From: Candidatus Omnitrophota bacterium
Lineage (GTDB): Bacteria > Omnitrophota > Gorgyraeia > VGKN01
Direction: 5' to 3'
DNA: 64,000 bases
Assembly (NCBI GenBank): GCA_043800345.1
Contig: JAZDNB010000009.1
Coordinates: 27,340 to 91,339, forward strand
Both the position numbers and the translations under genes were made by a program. The notes beneath the pieces were generated by a model, which saw only the letters and a program-made list of their open reading frames with translations, was not told the DNA's origin and did no database searches. Below are positions 46,401 to 58,400 of this stretch, piece after piece; the stretch's first letter is position 1; the number at the start of each line of letters is the position of its first letter.

Positions 46401-49400
46401 TACTTGGAGGCAGCCAGGATATTGATCCTGAGCTTATTGACGCCGAAATATTAACAGCATCTAACGGCGAGGCATTCTTATTGTATCTTGATGATAGAGA
46501 CGACAGATGGGCGGATATTTTTAGACGGAATCAGAGTCTGAGCTGGGGGCATGTAAAAGGCCAGCCTCATAAAATCAGGGTTTTGTTAAGGCATCATACG
46601 GGTATCGGCCCCATGAGCGATACCGCAAGCCTCAACTGGGATTTGCCCGAAGTAAGAAATTGGGCGATAGGTATCCTTCGCGGGTGGCACGATGCGGGGA
46701 TTGACGGTTTTCGATGTGACCTTGCGCAAAATGTCCCCGATATATTCTGGAGAGAAGCAAGAGCCGCTTTATCTGGGGCAGTCTTTTTGCATGAAGATTA
46801 TGCTTCGAGCGAGCAAAAAAGAATAAGGCAGACAGTAACGGGCGTAGATGGTTTTTATAACCATGAGCTTTATAATGCCATGCGCGAAAAAAATCCTCAG
46901 CGTATCCGAGATTTACTCGCTCAGCAGGCTTCTTACCTGCGGCATTTAGTCAATTATATGGGCAATCATGATGAGAAATTGGCATTAGCGATTTGCGGAG
47001 GGAACAGAGACCGCCTTATGGCGGCCGAGACAATTATCCAGACCTTGCCCGGTTATAGTATGTATTACTGGGTGCAGGCAAAGGGATGGCAGTGGCAGGG
47101 AGAAGAAATCAAAAGAGAGCTTACCTATGAATCTTTTATGGCACTCTCGGAAAAAGAGAAAGAAGACCCCGCGGTTTTAAGCGGATATAGAAAATTAGAG
47201 AAAATAACGGATCAGCCCTTGTTTAAGGATAGTGCCGAGATTACCGTTCTTGAGTCAGATAACCCTTCTTTTGTAGCATATAGAAGACATTGCCTAAGCG
47301 AAGAGTTCCAGGATGAAAACGCCGTAGTTATTGTTAATTATTCTGACAGCGCAAATATCGGAACGGTTAAATTAGTCCCTGAACAATTGGGCGCTCCCGG
47401 GGGGGCAGAAGAGCGATATTTTTTCCTTTACGATACTATCCAGGATAAGTTGTACCTCTATACTGACAGTGAACTAAGAGATTTCAAACAGAATCTGGTG
47501 CCATGGGAAAGCAGGGTATATCTTGTAAGAGAGATTCATAACCCAAGCGAGGTACTTAAATCGTATAAACGCGGTTTAGGAGATATTAAACTGTTGAATA
47601 TAGAAAAATTATCAGAGCAATCCCTTCCGGTTAGCCAGAGACTGTTACTTCAGGCTGAGATTGGGAGGTTCGTAAAAGATGTCGGGACGGGAAACGGTAG
47701 TTTTTTACAAAAGATGGAAGAAGTTTTTGGTTGGGAAAAAATTGATTGTGACGAGGCTTCCAATATCTTTGCACTTTTATTGCAGGAAAAATTCAGAGAA
47801 CTCGGCTATGAAATTCCGATTTCAGCAACAGGTTCAGAGAGAATACAGTTTATCAATATGGAGGTCCAATCGGTTGCAGTACGCCCCTGGCCGCATTATT
47901 GCATTGTTGTATATTGGGATAATAAACCATGGCTCTATATCGACTCATCTTTTTCCAGATTCTTCAGGTATGACAGAGAACATACCTATGAGGTTTTATG
48001 TGAACCTCTTGACTCGGTAAGTGCATCTCGGATAGAACAAATCATAAGACAAAAAGGTGTCGAGGTGGGTATACTTACGGTTAATGCGGATGAGAAATGG
48101 CATGTACCCTCTTTTGATTCTGCCGCTGTCAGGGATACGGTGATGAAAAATGCGAAGATGCGAGCCGTACTTATGTGGTTTTTACACTCTGCACCAAGAG
48201 ATGAAGAAGAGGTAGCGCCCGCGCAAGCGCGTACCGAGAGAAAAGAAGAAAAAGCGCGTTCTGCCGTATCCTGGGTCAACATTGGCGTTGCAAGCCTTGT
48301 AGTGGGCGTCATTGCTATTCTGCAATATATGAATGTACTCCCTTACCAATATCTCGGCCTTATAAGCTTTATTTATTTTATTTCATTTTTGATTATCCAT
48401 GAGCTTGGCCACTGGAAAGACGCCGGTTTTAGAAAATTTTCCTTCGGTGAACTCTTTACCAGAGAAGGTATCTCAATTCCCGACTCGGAAGGCCTGCCGG
48501 GGATTGTTACAAGTTTAGGCCTCGTCTTCTGTTTATCAACCCTCTTTGTGGTGTCATCTTTATTCCTGTCGCACTATTCAGCGTATCTTATTCCCGCAAT
48601 TGTCATAAATTTAATTTTTGCCTTATCGGTAGGGGACTGGAAAAAAGCACTCATAGAGACAAAGATTGACCGTCCCCTGCGTATACTCACCCCTCTTGGA
48701 AAACGTGCGCGGTTAATAATAAACGAATATGCCCCGTTCCTGCGCAGGGCGGTTACTCATCTTAACGATAACCAGATAGGGCTTATCAGTTTAGCTGCGC
48801 TGGCCGTACTTGGTGCGCTCGTTATAGTGTTGAGAGTTGACGTGTATGCGGTGCCCTTAGCAGGTCTTAGTATACGCAAGGTTTCAACTAACGGCCCCGG
48901 CGGCGATACCGATAGTTCTTCCGCAAATGCCTTGGCCGCTCATATAAGGCAGGAATTCGGAAAACCAGAGCTATATCTTAATAAGCCCGCATTTACAAAG
49001 CAGGAAATACGCCAGCTTCTTAGTTTGCTTCCGAGCATGAAGAGCCGCATGAGGTATATAGACCAGATAGTAGAACGTATCGTGTATGCGCGTAGAATAA
49101 AAGAATTTGAATCGCTTGACGATTTGCGGGTAAGGGCGCGCCTGCCTTACCGAGTAATGAGAGATTTTGAGCTTTTAATTACCGGCGGCGTGCTTATGGA
49201 TGTCCCCTTGGGGGAAAGAAGGCTTGTGCATAAGAGGGCCGTAAGAGAGCCGTTAAGCGAAGAGGTTATTAGTACGGGCCAGATAGTTTCAGAAAGACTT
49301 TCTCAAGAGACAGAGCGGTTGCGCGACATATTCAAGCTTTTATCCGCCGTCGGTAAATCCGAGGATCTTCCTCGCGGTATAAGAGATGAATTGGAACGCA

Positions 49401-52400
49401 GGGGGTATCACGCATTATTTAATCTCTCGCCGGCGTACCAAGAGGCATTATTGCTGCTTCTTGAAATAAAATTTCTCTATAGCATTAGGTTCACCGCGCG
49501 GGAGCGAACCAGATATCTTTTGTATGTAGAGGCTCATGATAAACGTAAATACGAATTATTTATGCGGTTGTCAGCCAAAGATCAGGATTCGGCTGCTATG
49601 GTACGCAGGAAATGGTTTAAAGGTATTGATATTGCACTGCTCGCCGAAGAGATAGCGCTCTATCTTAAGGGGGAGCATCCTCGCGACAAGGCATTTGCCG
49701 ATTTTATTAAGGTTGCAAGAAGAGGCAAGGGCAGGTTGCTGCTCAATGAGCTTATAAAAATACTCTCCCCGCTTTCGCAAAACGCTCTCTCCCTTAATTT
49801 TTCAAAACGAAATTTAAGGCTCGCCTATCTTCTTAAAACATGCAAAGAAATTCTAGGAGAGGTTACAAAAGAAGATAAGGCCGGATTATTGCAGTCTCTT
49901 AATATTCCCTCGGAAGACGACCTTTTGGCTATAGATATCGGGATACTTAAAGAGAGCATTTATAGGCTTAGACAATATGGGCTTACCGTTACCGCAGAAA
50001 GGCTAAGGCTTGACGAAGGCGAGATAGCGGGAGAGTTTCAAAAAGAAATTGCCGGTTTTATAGGAATGCTTGCAGGAAGCGATGAAGAGCAAATACGAAA
50101 TGCGGTGCAGAGACTTAAGCTTATGTATATGCTGCAACCAAAGCTTTTCATGAAGGGTACCTCCGATGGAAAAGACCTGGGTAGTCATAGGTCTTCCATC
50201 GTCCCGGTAAAGAGCGCGGTAAAACTTACTTATTTCGGAGGGGATGAAATAAACTGCGGTGGAATACTCATAGAAGACGGCCGGGAAAAATTAAAAACGA
50301 GCCTGCTCATTGACCCCGGTATAAGCATGGATAGAGAAGCGGAACTCTATTCTAAGATATATATGCGCGACAGGGTAGTGCACCTGGGGATAAGAGACCG
50401 GCTTATTAACGGTCTTATGCCAAGACTTAAGGGCTTATACAGGCCGGACCTTACCGAACCAAGCATGAAAATATCGGCTGCTACGCCTCCCGTAGACGGT
50501 ATTTTGGTAACACACGCTCATATAGACCACATAGGAAATATTGCGTATATCAGGAATGATATCCCCATATGGGTAAGCCCCGAGACGCGTGCGGTTTTAC
50601 GCACATTGGATAAAACAGGCGCAGACATAAAAAATGAATATTTTGATTTTGTAGACAGAGAAACCGGAAGAATGATCCGCAGAAAGATAAATGTGTTTGA
50701 ATATGATGTGCCCTTTATGGTAGGCAAACTTAAGGTTATAGCTAAGCGCGTTGATCATTCGGCAGTAGGTGCGTGTGCGTTTTTTGTAGAAACATCCCAG
50801 GGCTGGGTTTCATATGTCGGGGATATGAGGATGAACTATTCAAGAGATACCGCGGGTACGCTACGGTCGTTTAAGAACCGGACAGAGGATTATATCGAGG
50901 CGGCGCGTCAGCTGTCTCCCGTGGTGCTCTATATAGACGGAACAAATTTTGAGAAACCTCATACCAAAGATACCGAAGAGGATATCGGCAAAAGAACAGA
51001 TGAGCTGTTACAAGGCGATGAAGTAAAAAGAAAACCCGTAGTAGTGAGTTTTAGTTATTTAAATCTGGAAAGGATGAAAATCTTTCTTGAGGCTGCGAAA
51101 AGAAACGCAAGAAAGCTTGTCATCTCCATGAAAGAGGCATATCTGCTTGAATCTCTTAAAGAGATTTTCCTTAGAATGTACTTGGCAAAAAATGGATTTG
51201 AAGAGTTGATTATAATCGTCGATAGGGCAGATATGGCGGCGAGGGTATTACTCCACAGGAAAGAAGAGGGGGCGTTACGCGATGTCATGCTTTGCGGAGT
51301 TATGGTACATATGGAGAACTATTATGCAAGTGGGCTTCTACAGGCTTGTATGGGTTCCGTTGATGCACAACAAGCACAATTAATAGCCTTGGCGCTCGGT
51401 TACAGCAAAGGCAAGCCCCCTAAAACCGACAAGGGCATACCCGAAGCCCGAATAGAGGAATTATTTACCGGCGAAACCGCAGAGGCCATTGCGGCGCGTG
51501 CCGTATTTTTCAAGTGGTTGCATGGTGTGCAAGAAGTTAAGGCGCCGGATGAAATAATGGAGCAGATAGCCGGGCGTTATGTGATTGAGCAGGGCATGGT
51601 GAATGCTGAGGCGGAAAAAGTAAAAACCGAGGGCCACGAGATGCAAAAGTTACTTAAAGAAACCTTTGCGGTATTAGAAAAAACTAACCTGGAAGATCTC
51701 TCCGAGAAAATAGAAAAATTTAGCATGGAAGATTACGGCTATCCCGATCTTGAAAAGGAAGAAGGGTTGCTCGTATATCAGGCCAGAAAAAAAACCGGCA
51801 CATATGACGAAACAAAAGATTACCGCAGGTTTGAAAGGTCCATTCTTGCCAACCCGCGCATACGACGGATAAGAAAAGAAGAAGCCGCTCAACAAAAAAG
51901 CGAACTAATGATTTGTCTTAATACCTACGAGATATCCGAGATACTTGGTATTTTTAAATACGGAGAAGGCGGGGTACATATATATTCTCAATCGCCTCCG
52001 TTTAACGTTGAAACCGAGATAGCCGAAGATAAACTGGATGAATGGCTGGCTGATTATAAAATGACCAAGCGCTATATCCATGCCTCCGGCCATCTTACGG
52101 CAGAACAGATTCCCGATGCGGTGCGCACGATACAACCCGCAAGCGTTTATGTAGTCCATTCCAAAAACAGGGGGTCGCTTGCGCGGATGCTGAGAGAAAA
52201 TGTCATGGCGCAGGGACAAACTACTGTAGTGCTCTACGCCAAGCAATATTCCCTGCTTGAAGGTGAGAGCCGATTTGAATCCCTTCCGGAAGATGTTGCA
52301 AAGATGCTCCCTGAAGCCTCAAGGATATTTTTAAGCCGTCTTACCAAGGACCAGATAGCGGGCATTGTCGAGGAACTGAGCGTTGTCAAAAAGGACGTTA

Positions 52401-55400
52401 CCATCCAGGAGGAAATAAGCGCTATCTTCAGGGATGCGAAACGAAGAGCGAGAATTTTTACGTATGCAGAAAGGCCGGATTCAAAAAACATCGATGATAT
52501 TGCCGATAAAATAGAAGAGCTGCGGCTGTACTTTAAAAGTCAGCTTATAAGGATCCAGATGCAGGAAATGCTCGGTGTGGTCTCCGGTGAAGAACTAAAA
52601 AATGCGAGGTTGGTTCTTTCTGACCGTATCTTCAATGCGCTTGTTGATGAAATAGCAATGCCAAGCCTGATAGCGAGGCTTACCGATAGCATAAAAGAGA
52701 ATACCGGCATATCAATGACAGCGGCGCGAAAAGAAGCGAGAAACATATTTGTATACAGAATAAAGAGAAAATCCGCCGCATTGCTTTTCCATCACTGGGA
52801 AGAGACTAGGGGACCGCTTCGCTTTATGATGATATTTAAGGAAGGCATGAAACCGCTCTATGCCAAACTTGTTACCGGGATAGTTTATGATACCGTAGCG
52901 GAATTTTTTAAAGGATTAGAAGGCGAATTCGAACTTCCCGTACCCGTTGGCGGCAGCATAGATGCCGCAATACGAATAATGGCAAAAGGAGAGCAGGTAC
53001 TCCGTGAGGATGAAAAGGAATATGCGAAAGATATCATCGACGGCCTTGTAATGGCGGTAGCGGACAAAGATCTTATGAAGCAGTTAAAGACAATGGCTCT
53101 TCTATATGCAAGCAGGGGCGTGAGCAGATTACGCAGACGTCCCGAGCAAGGACCAACGCCTGTCGACAGGACCTATGAGGCTATAGTCAATATTATAACA
53201 GAGCTTATTCAAACTATAGCAAGCGGTGATGTCGTGCTTTCCGAAAAACAAGTGAGCGCTTTTTCCTCATTGATAGCCACGAGGATTCTTTCGGAGGTAG
53301 CAAGACAGTTGACGTCGGGAGAAATTACGCTGTCTGAGTTGGCGCGTATTTTAAGGAGCCTCGGTGCCTTAACCGCCTCCCCCCGTAAATCATCACCCGG
53401 ACAGAAAGAACAAGACACAGGTATAAGTATTTCTTCTCCGATAAAAGATATCATCGTTTCGGTAATAACGCGACCTCCTGCAGTTTTAATTGGCATGGAA
53501 TTAATACTGGATATCGGTAACCGTAGTGCGCTCTTTAATTCCATCACTCAATTTTTAATGTACGGCGGGAAAATTATTATGAGCGTGGAGGCAGACAATT
53601 CACAAGTTACCTATGAATTCAGAAAGGCCTTGGTGACATATATCAGGGGTCTTTATCCGTTGGGCGCGCCGGAAGATATGACAGGCGGAATAATTTTAGA
53701 GGATAGCGGAAGGTATTATAATCTGGATAATATATCTTTAAAAGACATTCCCAGGACAGATGTTACCCTATCAGATGATAAACCCCTCAAAGAACAGCTT
53801 GAGGAGCTCATAAAGATCATACGAAAGCAGACCAATGAGATGAGTTTAACCGAGGAAACCGAATGGTATAAAACAAACATAGCTTTGCTTGCGCAGCATG
53901 GTTTAGCGGACAAAGGTGATAAACTTGCACGGGATAGATTTTTACCCCACAAAATTAAACTTTTGAAAGAATTCTCTCTTGACCTGGGGATGATTGATAG
54001 GTATGCACTTTCGACTCTCCAGAGGCGTATCGCAAATCTTAAAGCATACGGTAGCGAGGTAACCGCCAGCAATCTTAGATTGACAAAAGAGCAGTTAGTC
54101 AGGACATACCGCACGACAGTATTACAGTTGCTTCAGAAAGAGCCTGCCGAAGATGTGATCGTGCGCCTTAAAGAACTTTTTAAACTTCAACCCGCTTTAT
54201 TTATGTCAGTGACTGCGGGAGGACGTTTGCTCGGGCAAAGAAGAAAAGATGTAATACCCGAGGCAGTAGGAGGTATTACCTTCTATGGTTCCGTAGGCAA
54301 GATAGGTGGCAATATCATAATGGTTCGGGATGTGGACAGTAAAATAGTTTTAGATATGGGTGCCGCAGGGCACAGTTGGGGAGAATATTTTTCCGGGTGG
54401 AGTAGTTTTAAAGTTCATGAGATGGTAGACGGAAGTCTTGAAGTTGGAATATTGCCGTGGTTGCCTGATGCCATGAGGGAGGATATGTTAAAAGGTAAAA
54501 GCGGCATGATTCCTATCGAGAGCCAAGGCGTAAAGGCGGTTCTTCTTACCCACGCACATCTTGACCATGTTGAGAGCCTTTATGCTCTTGATCCGGATGT
54601 GCTGGTTATTTGCTCCGAAGAAACAAAAGCGACGCTGGAAACGCTTCAGTGGCAGACGCCGGGGAGCATTAGGACGGAGTTAGTTGAGGTAAAAGACAGA
54701 ACCGATATGACTACCATTCCTTATCCGAGATTACCGCGTAACATGGTTACCTTCAGGAGGGATACCCCGTTTCAGGTAGGTTCTTTTAAAATAACGCCTG
54801 TGAGGGTGGGGCATTCCGTACCTTCCGATGCCTTTGTAGTAGAGACTTCTATGGGTAAGATCGTATATACCGGTGATCTCACCGTGCAGAGTCATGACGG
54901 GGCCCGTACGAGAGAATTTTTTGATATGCTTGCTAAAGAACATAATATCCTTGCGCTTATCACGGAAGGCGTTAATGTGCGTTATGAAAAACCCGCTACC
55001 ATCGCAACCGAAGAGGAATATGCACAACGCACAGACCAGATTATCAAGGCGTCAAAAGGAAAGCCTGTTTTTACAAGTTTTTCCTGGATGTATGTGAATA
55101 GGCTTAAAACGTATTATGCACTTGCCAAGGCAAATAAGAGGAAATTAGTAGTACCTCTTAGGAGTCTCTATTATGCGATGAAATTACGCGAACTCGGTTA
55201 TGATATACCCGACCTTTTAAGCGATCCGGATGTGCTCGTTCATGTTCCGGAGAGAAAATGGCAGTACACTATACATCAGTTTATCTATCAGTTGTTCGGA
55301 AAGGTGGCCGACGTAAGAGGAACAAAGGTCAGGCAAAAATTGCCCACCCAGACTAAGATATACGGCGAACTTCCCGACGAAAGAATGGTTAATTCGGAAT

Positions 55401-58400
55401 GGTTATCCAAGGCGCGCAATTACCGCGACCTTATCGTGATCTTGCCGCTTCCTCAGCTTAACGAATGGGATACTATTTTACCCCATTACGATTCGCCTTT
55501 TATATATTCATTAGGAGCGGTATTTAATAAGGACATGGAACAGCTCCAGGAAAAAATACGTCAATGGACAGATAAATACGAATTGGTCTGGGAGAATCTG
55601 TATGTATCTCCCCATATAGAAGAAGCGGACCTGGTCGAGGCAATACGTAGGGCGGTTGATGCCGGTTCTAAGTACGTACTCCCCATTCATACGGAATTTC
55701 CCGAGAGGTTCGGACAGCTTCTTCCGTCATCTGACGCATTCATGTTGTCTGAACCGCTGAGAGAATATACGCTCTTAAAAAGCGAGGATAGGGTCCGTAT
55801 TGCGCATTCCATGCTTCAGATTGAGGGCTTAGAGGGCCCCTTAGTTGATTTTATTAACAACGCTACGGATGCTGATAGTATCAGCCTGCTGGAAGATGTA
55901 CATAGTACGAAAGATAAGACTCGGTTTGATTCGGAAATAAAAAGTTTGATTACGGATTTTGAATCAAAGGTTATGCGGGTTTCGGAGGAAGATTTTGTTC
56001 GTATTGTCCGCGCATATGTTACGGGCCAGACTCTCAGATTAAGGATACGCGCCGAATATTCGCTTGCCTCTGCGGATGAAATAGCCAGAGAATATGCAGC
56101 GCTTTATTCGGCACTGCTTGAGACTGTGGTAGGATTTAACAGATTAAATAATCCTTTACCGGATTTACGTATGTTTGTCGCAGTAGTCGTAGGGGATTTC
56201 TCGAACATCGGAAAAAATCTTAAAGACGCGCAGATTATCTTCACGTATGATGCCCCAAGGGAAAGTAAGGGCGCGCGGAGTGCGGTAATCCTCAGCCGCC
56301 TTACCTCGGAAATGATGTACAAAATAACGGGCGTAGTAGGCATCGATCCCGCAAACGATTTTGATAAAAGGTTATCTTTCGTAAGAGAAAGAATAAATGC
56401 CCTGAATTTCTGGACGGTCAAAAGAAACCGCGATAAAGCAAAGCTTGCGTACGCACCTGCCTATGCAGGAGGCGGCGATGCCACCCTGGTGCAGGAATTA
56501 GCAACGATTCTTAAGACCGCACGTGTCATACAGGAGAGAGAAGTTATAGCAGAACTGCCTGATGGCCTAAAGGAGATATTTGAACCCTTGCGCGGAAAGC
56601 TCTCCAGGAATTCCGAAAGGCTTTTGGGTAGATTAAAAACAGCCGACGCCGTGAGACTTTTGAATTCGCTCTCAAGAGTAAAAAGCCGTGCCGATATGGA
56701 GACGGAACTCGCCCAGTATGAAAGGATAAAAGCTACCGGTAATGCGGCGTTATATTACTACCAGGCTCAGATGTTGCGCCTTGAGGTCGCCGGTATATAC
56801 CATGCGGTAAGCGACGATGAGTTAAGAAGTCAGAAGATTATCCTTGCCGGGTTATGCAAGATAGAGACCTCGGTCGCAGAAACTAAGCCTCAAGCAGAAC
56901 CGCCTGTTATGGTAAGCGCTCAGATGTCTATCCAGCAACAGGTGGAACGTGCATGGCAGGATGAGAACGGGCAGTTAAACCAGATAAAAAGGCGCCTTGA
57001 AGGTTTAATAGAAGAGATAGCGCAGGGCTATTCCCTTGTAGTTATTGCCCCTCATAATCTTGTTGGCTTGCCCATAGATGCCGATTCTTTCACTTTTGCC
57101 ACAACCGTATATCACAGGTTAAGCAGTGAGGCGGAAAAAATAGGAAGAAAGGTAGTTGTTATTACCGATCCTTCCGAGGCAAAAGATGCCGCGAATACGC
57201 TTTATATTTGTATTTTTCCGATATCTCATCAAAACGAAGGTTATGTGGATGCCGATAAACAAATGCTTCGCCTGCCGGAGGTAAAAGGAAAACGGGCCCT
57301 ATTCGTAGGAGACGTTCGCTTTTATCAGCCCGACGCATACAAGCGGAAGGATTCCTTCGGTTTTGATACGATGGTCGTTCAGGATCATCATCAATGGAAC
57401 GATGAATTTATAGAGAAAATGGATGCTTTTTCCGACGAACACACGCTTTTTGTTAACAACCATCTCATACTTAAAGATGAAAAGGCCGATACCTATGCTA
57501 CCGGCGCATTCTGTGCAGACCTCATGGGGACGGAACTTGATCCCTGGTATCTCTTTGCAAAACAATTATCCCTTTTTGGCGATAAGTATCACTTGCATTT
57601 TTCAAAGTTTACTCAAGGGCTTGATGTAAAAGAGGCTGAATATGTCGCTGAAATGCTCACCCTATGCGGTACATATCTGCAAGGTTGGAGCGCAACCACT
57701 GTCCAAAAAAACAAGGTTGTGGCAGAGATTATTGAAACGGTTTCTTCAAGCGATTCTTTCGGCCAATTAAAAGAGAACCTTGAACGAATTACCTCCCTCA
57801 AATTCGGAGCTGATTTTACAAAATGGCACAGGGGCATTATGCAAGACGTGGAAGATTCTATAAGAGATTTTCTTGTCTCTGACGACAAGATTTATTTTTA
57901 TCGCATACAATCAAAAGATAACATAGCGCTTCTTGTTCATAGGATAGTATTCGGCCGTCTTAACGCACTGGGTGAATTTAAAGACAGGATACTCATACAT
58001 TATTATGTCAGAGAAGACGGCAATCTGGATGTGCTTTTAGCGCGGGGGTCTGATTTTACCGCAATCGATGTAAGCGATGTATGTCTGCACGGTCCTGAGG
58101 GAAAATCCTGGGGAGGTGGACATAAAGACCGGGCAGGTTTTAGTACGGCAAGTGTAAAGGAATGGATGGGTGAGGACGCAGAGCAGGGCCAGGAAAAAGT
58201 GCTGGATTTCATTCTTTCCAACCTCAAGGAACAATACGTCCGTTACTATGGGCCAATACGTTATATAAGCGATGTTCATGGTAGCCCTGAGTTGGTAGAA
58301 CAGCAACTTATAGATGCACTTACATGGGCGGGTAATGGCGGCATAGTGATATGCGAACAACTTACCGAAAAGGATCTTGACATATACAGAAGAGTGGCGC

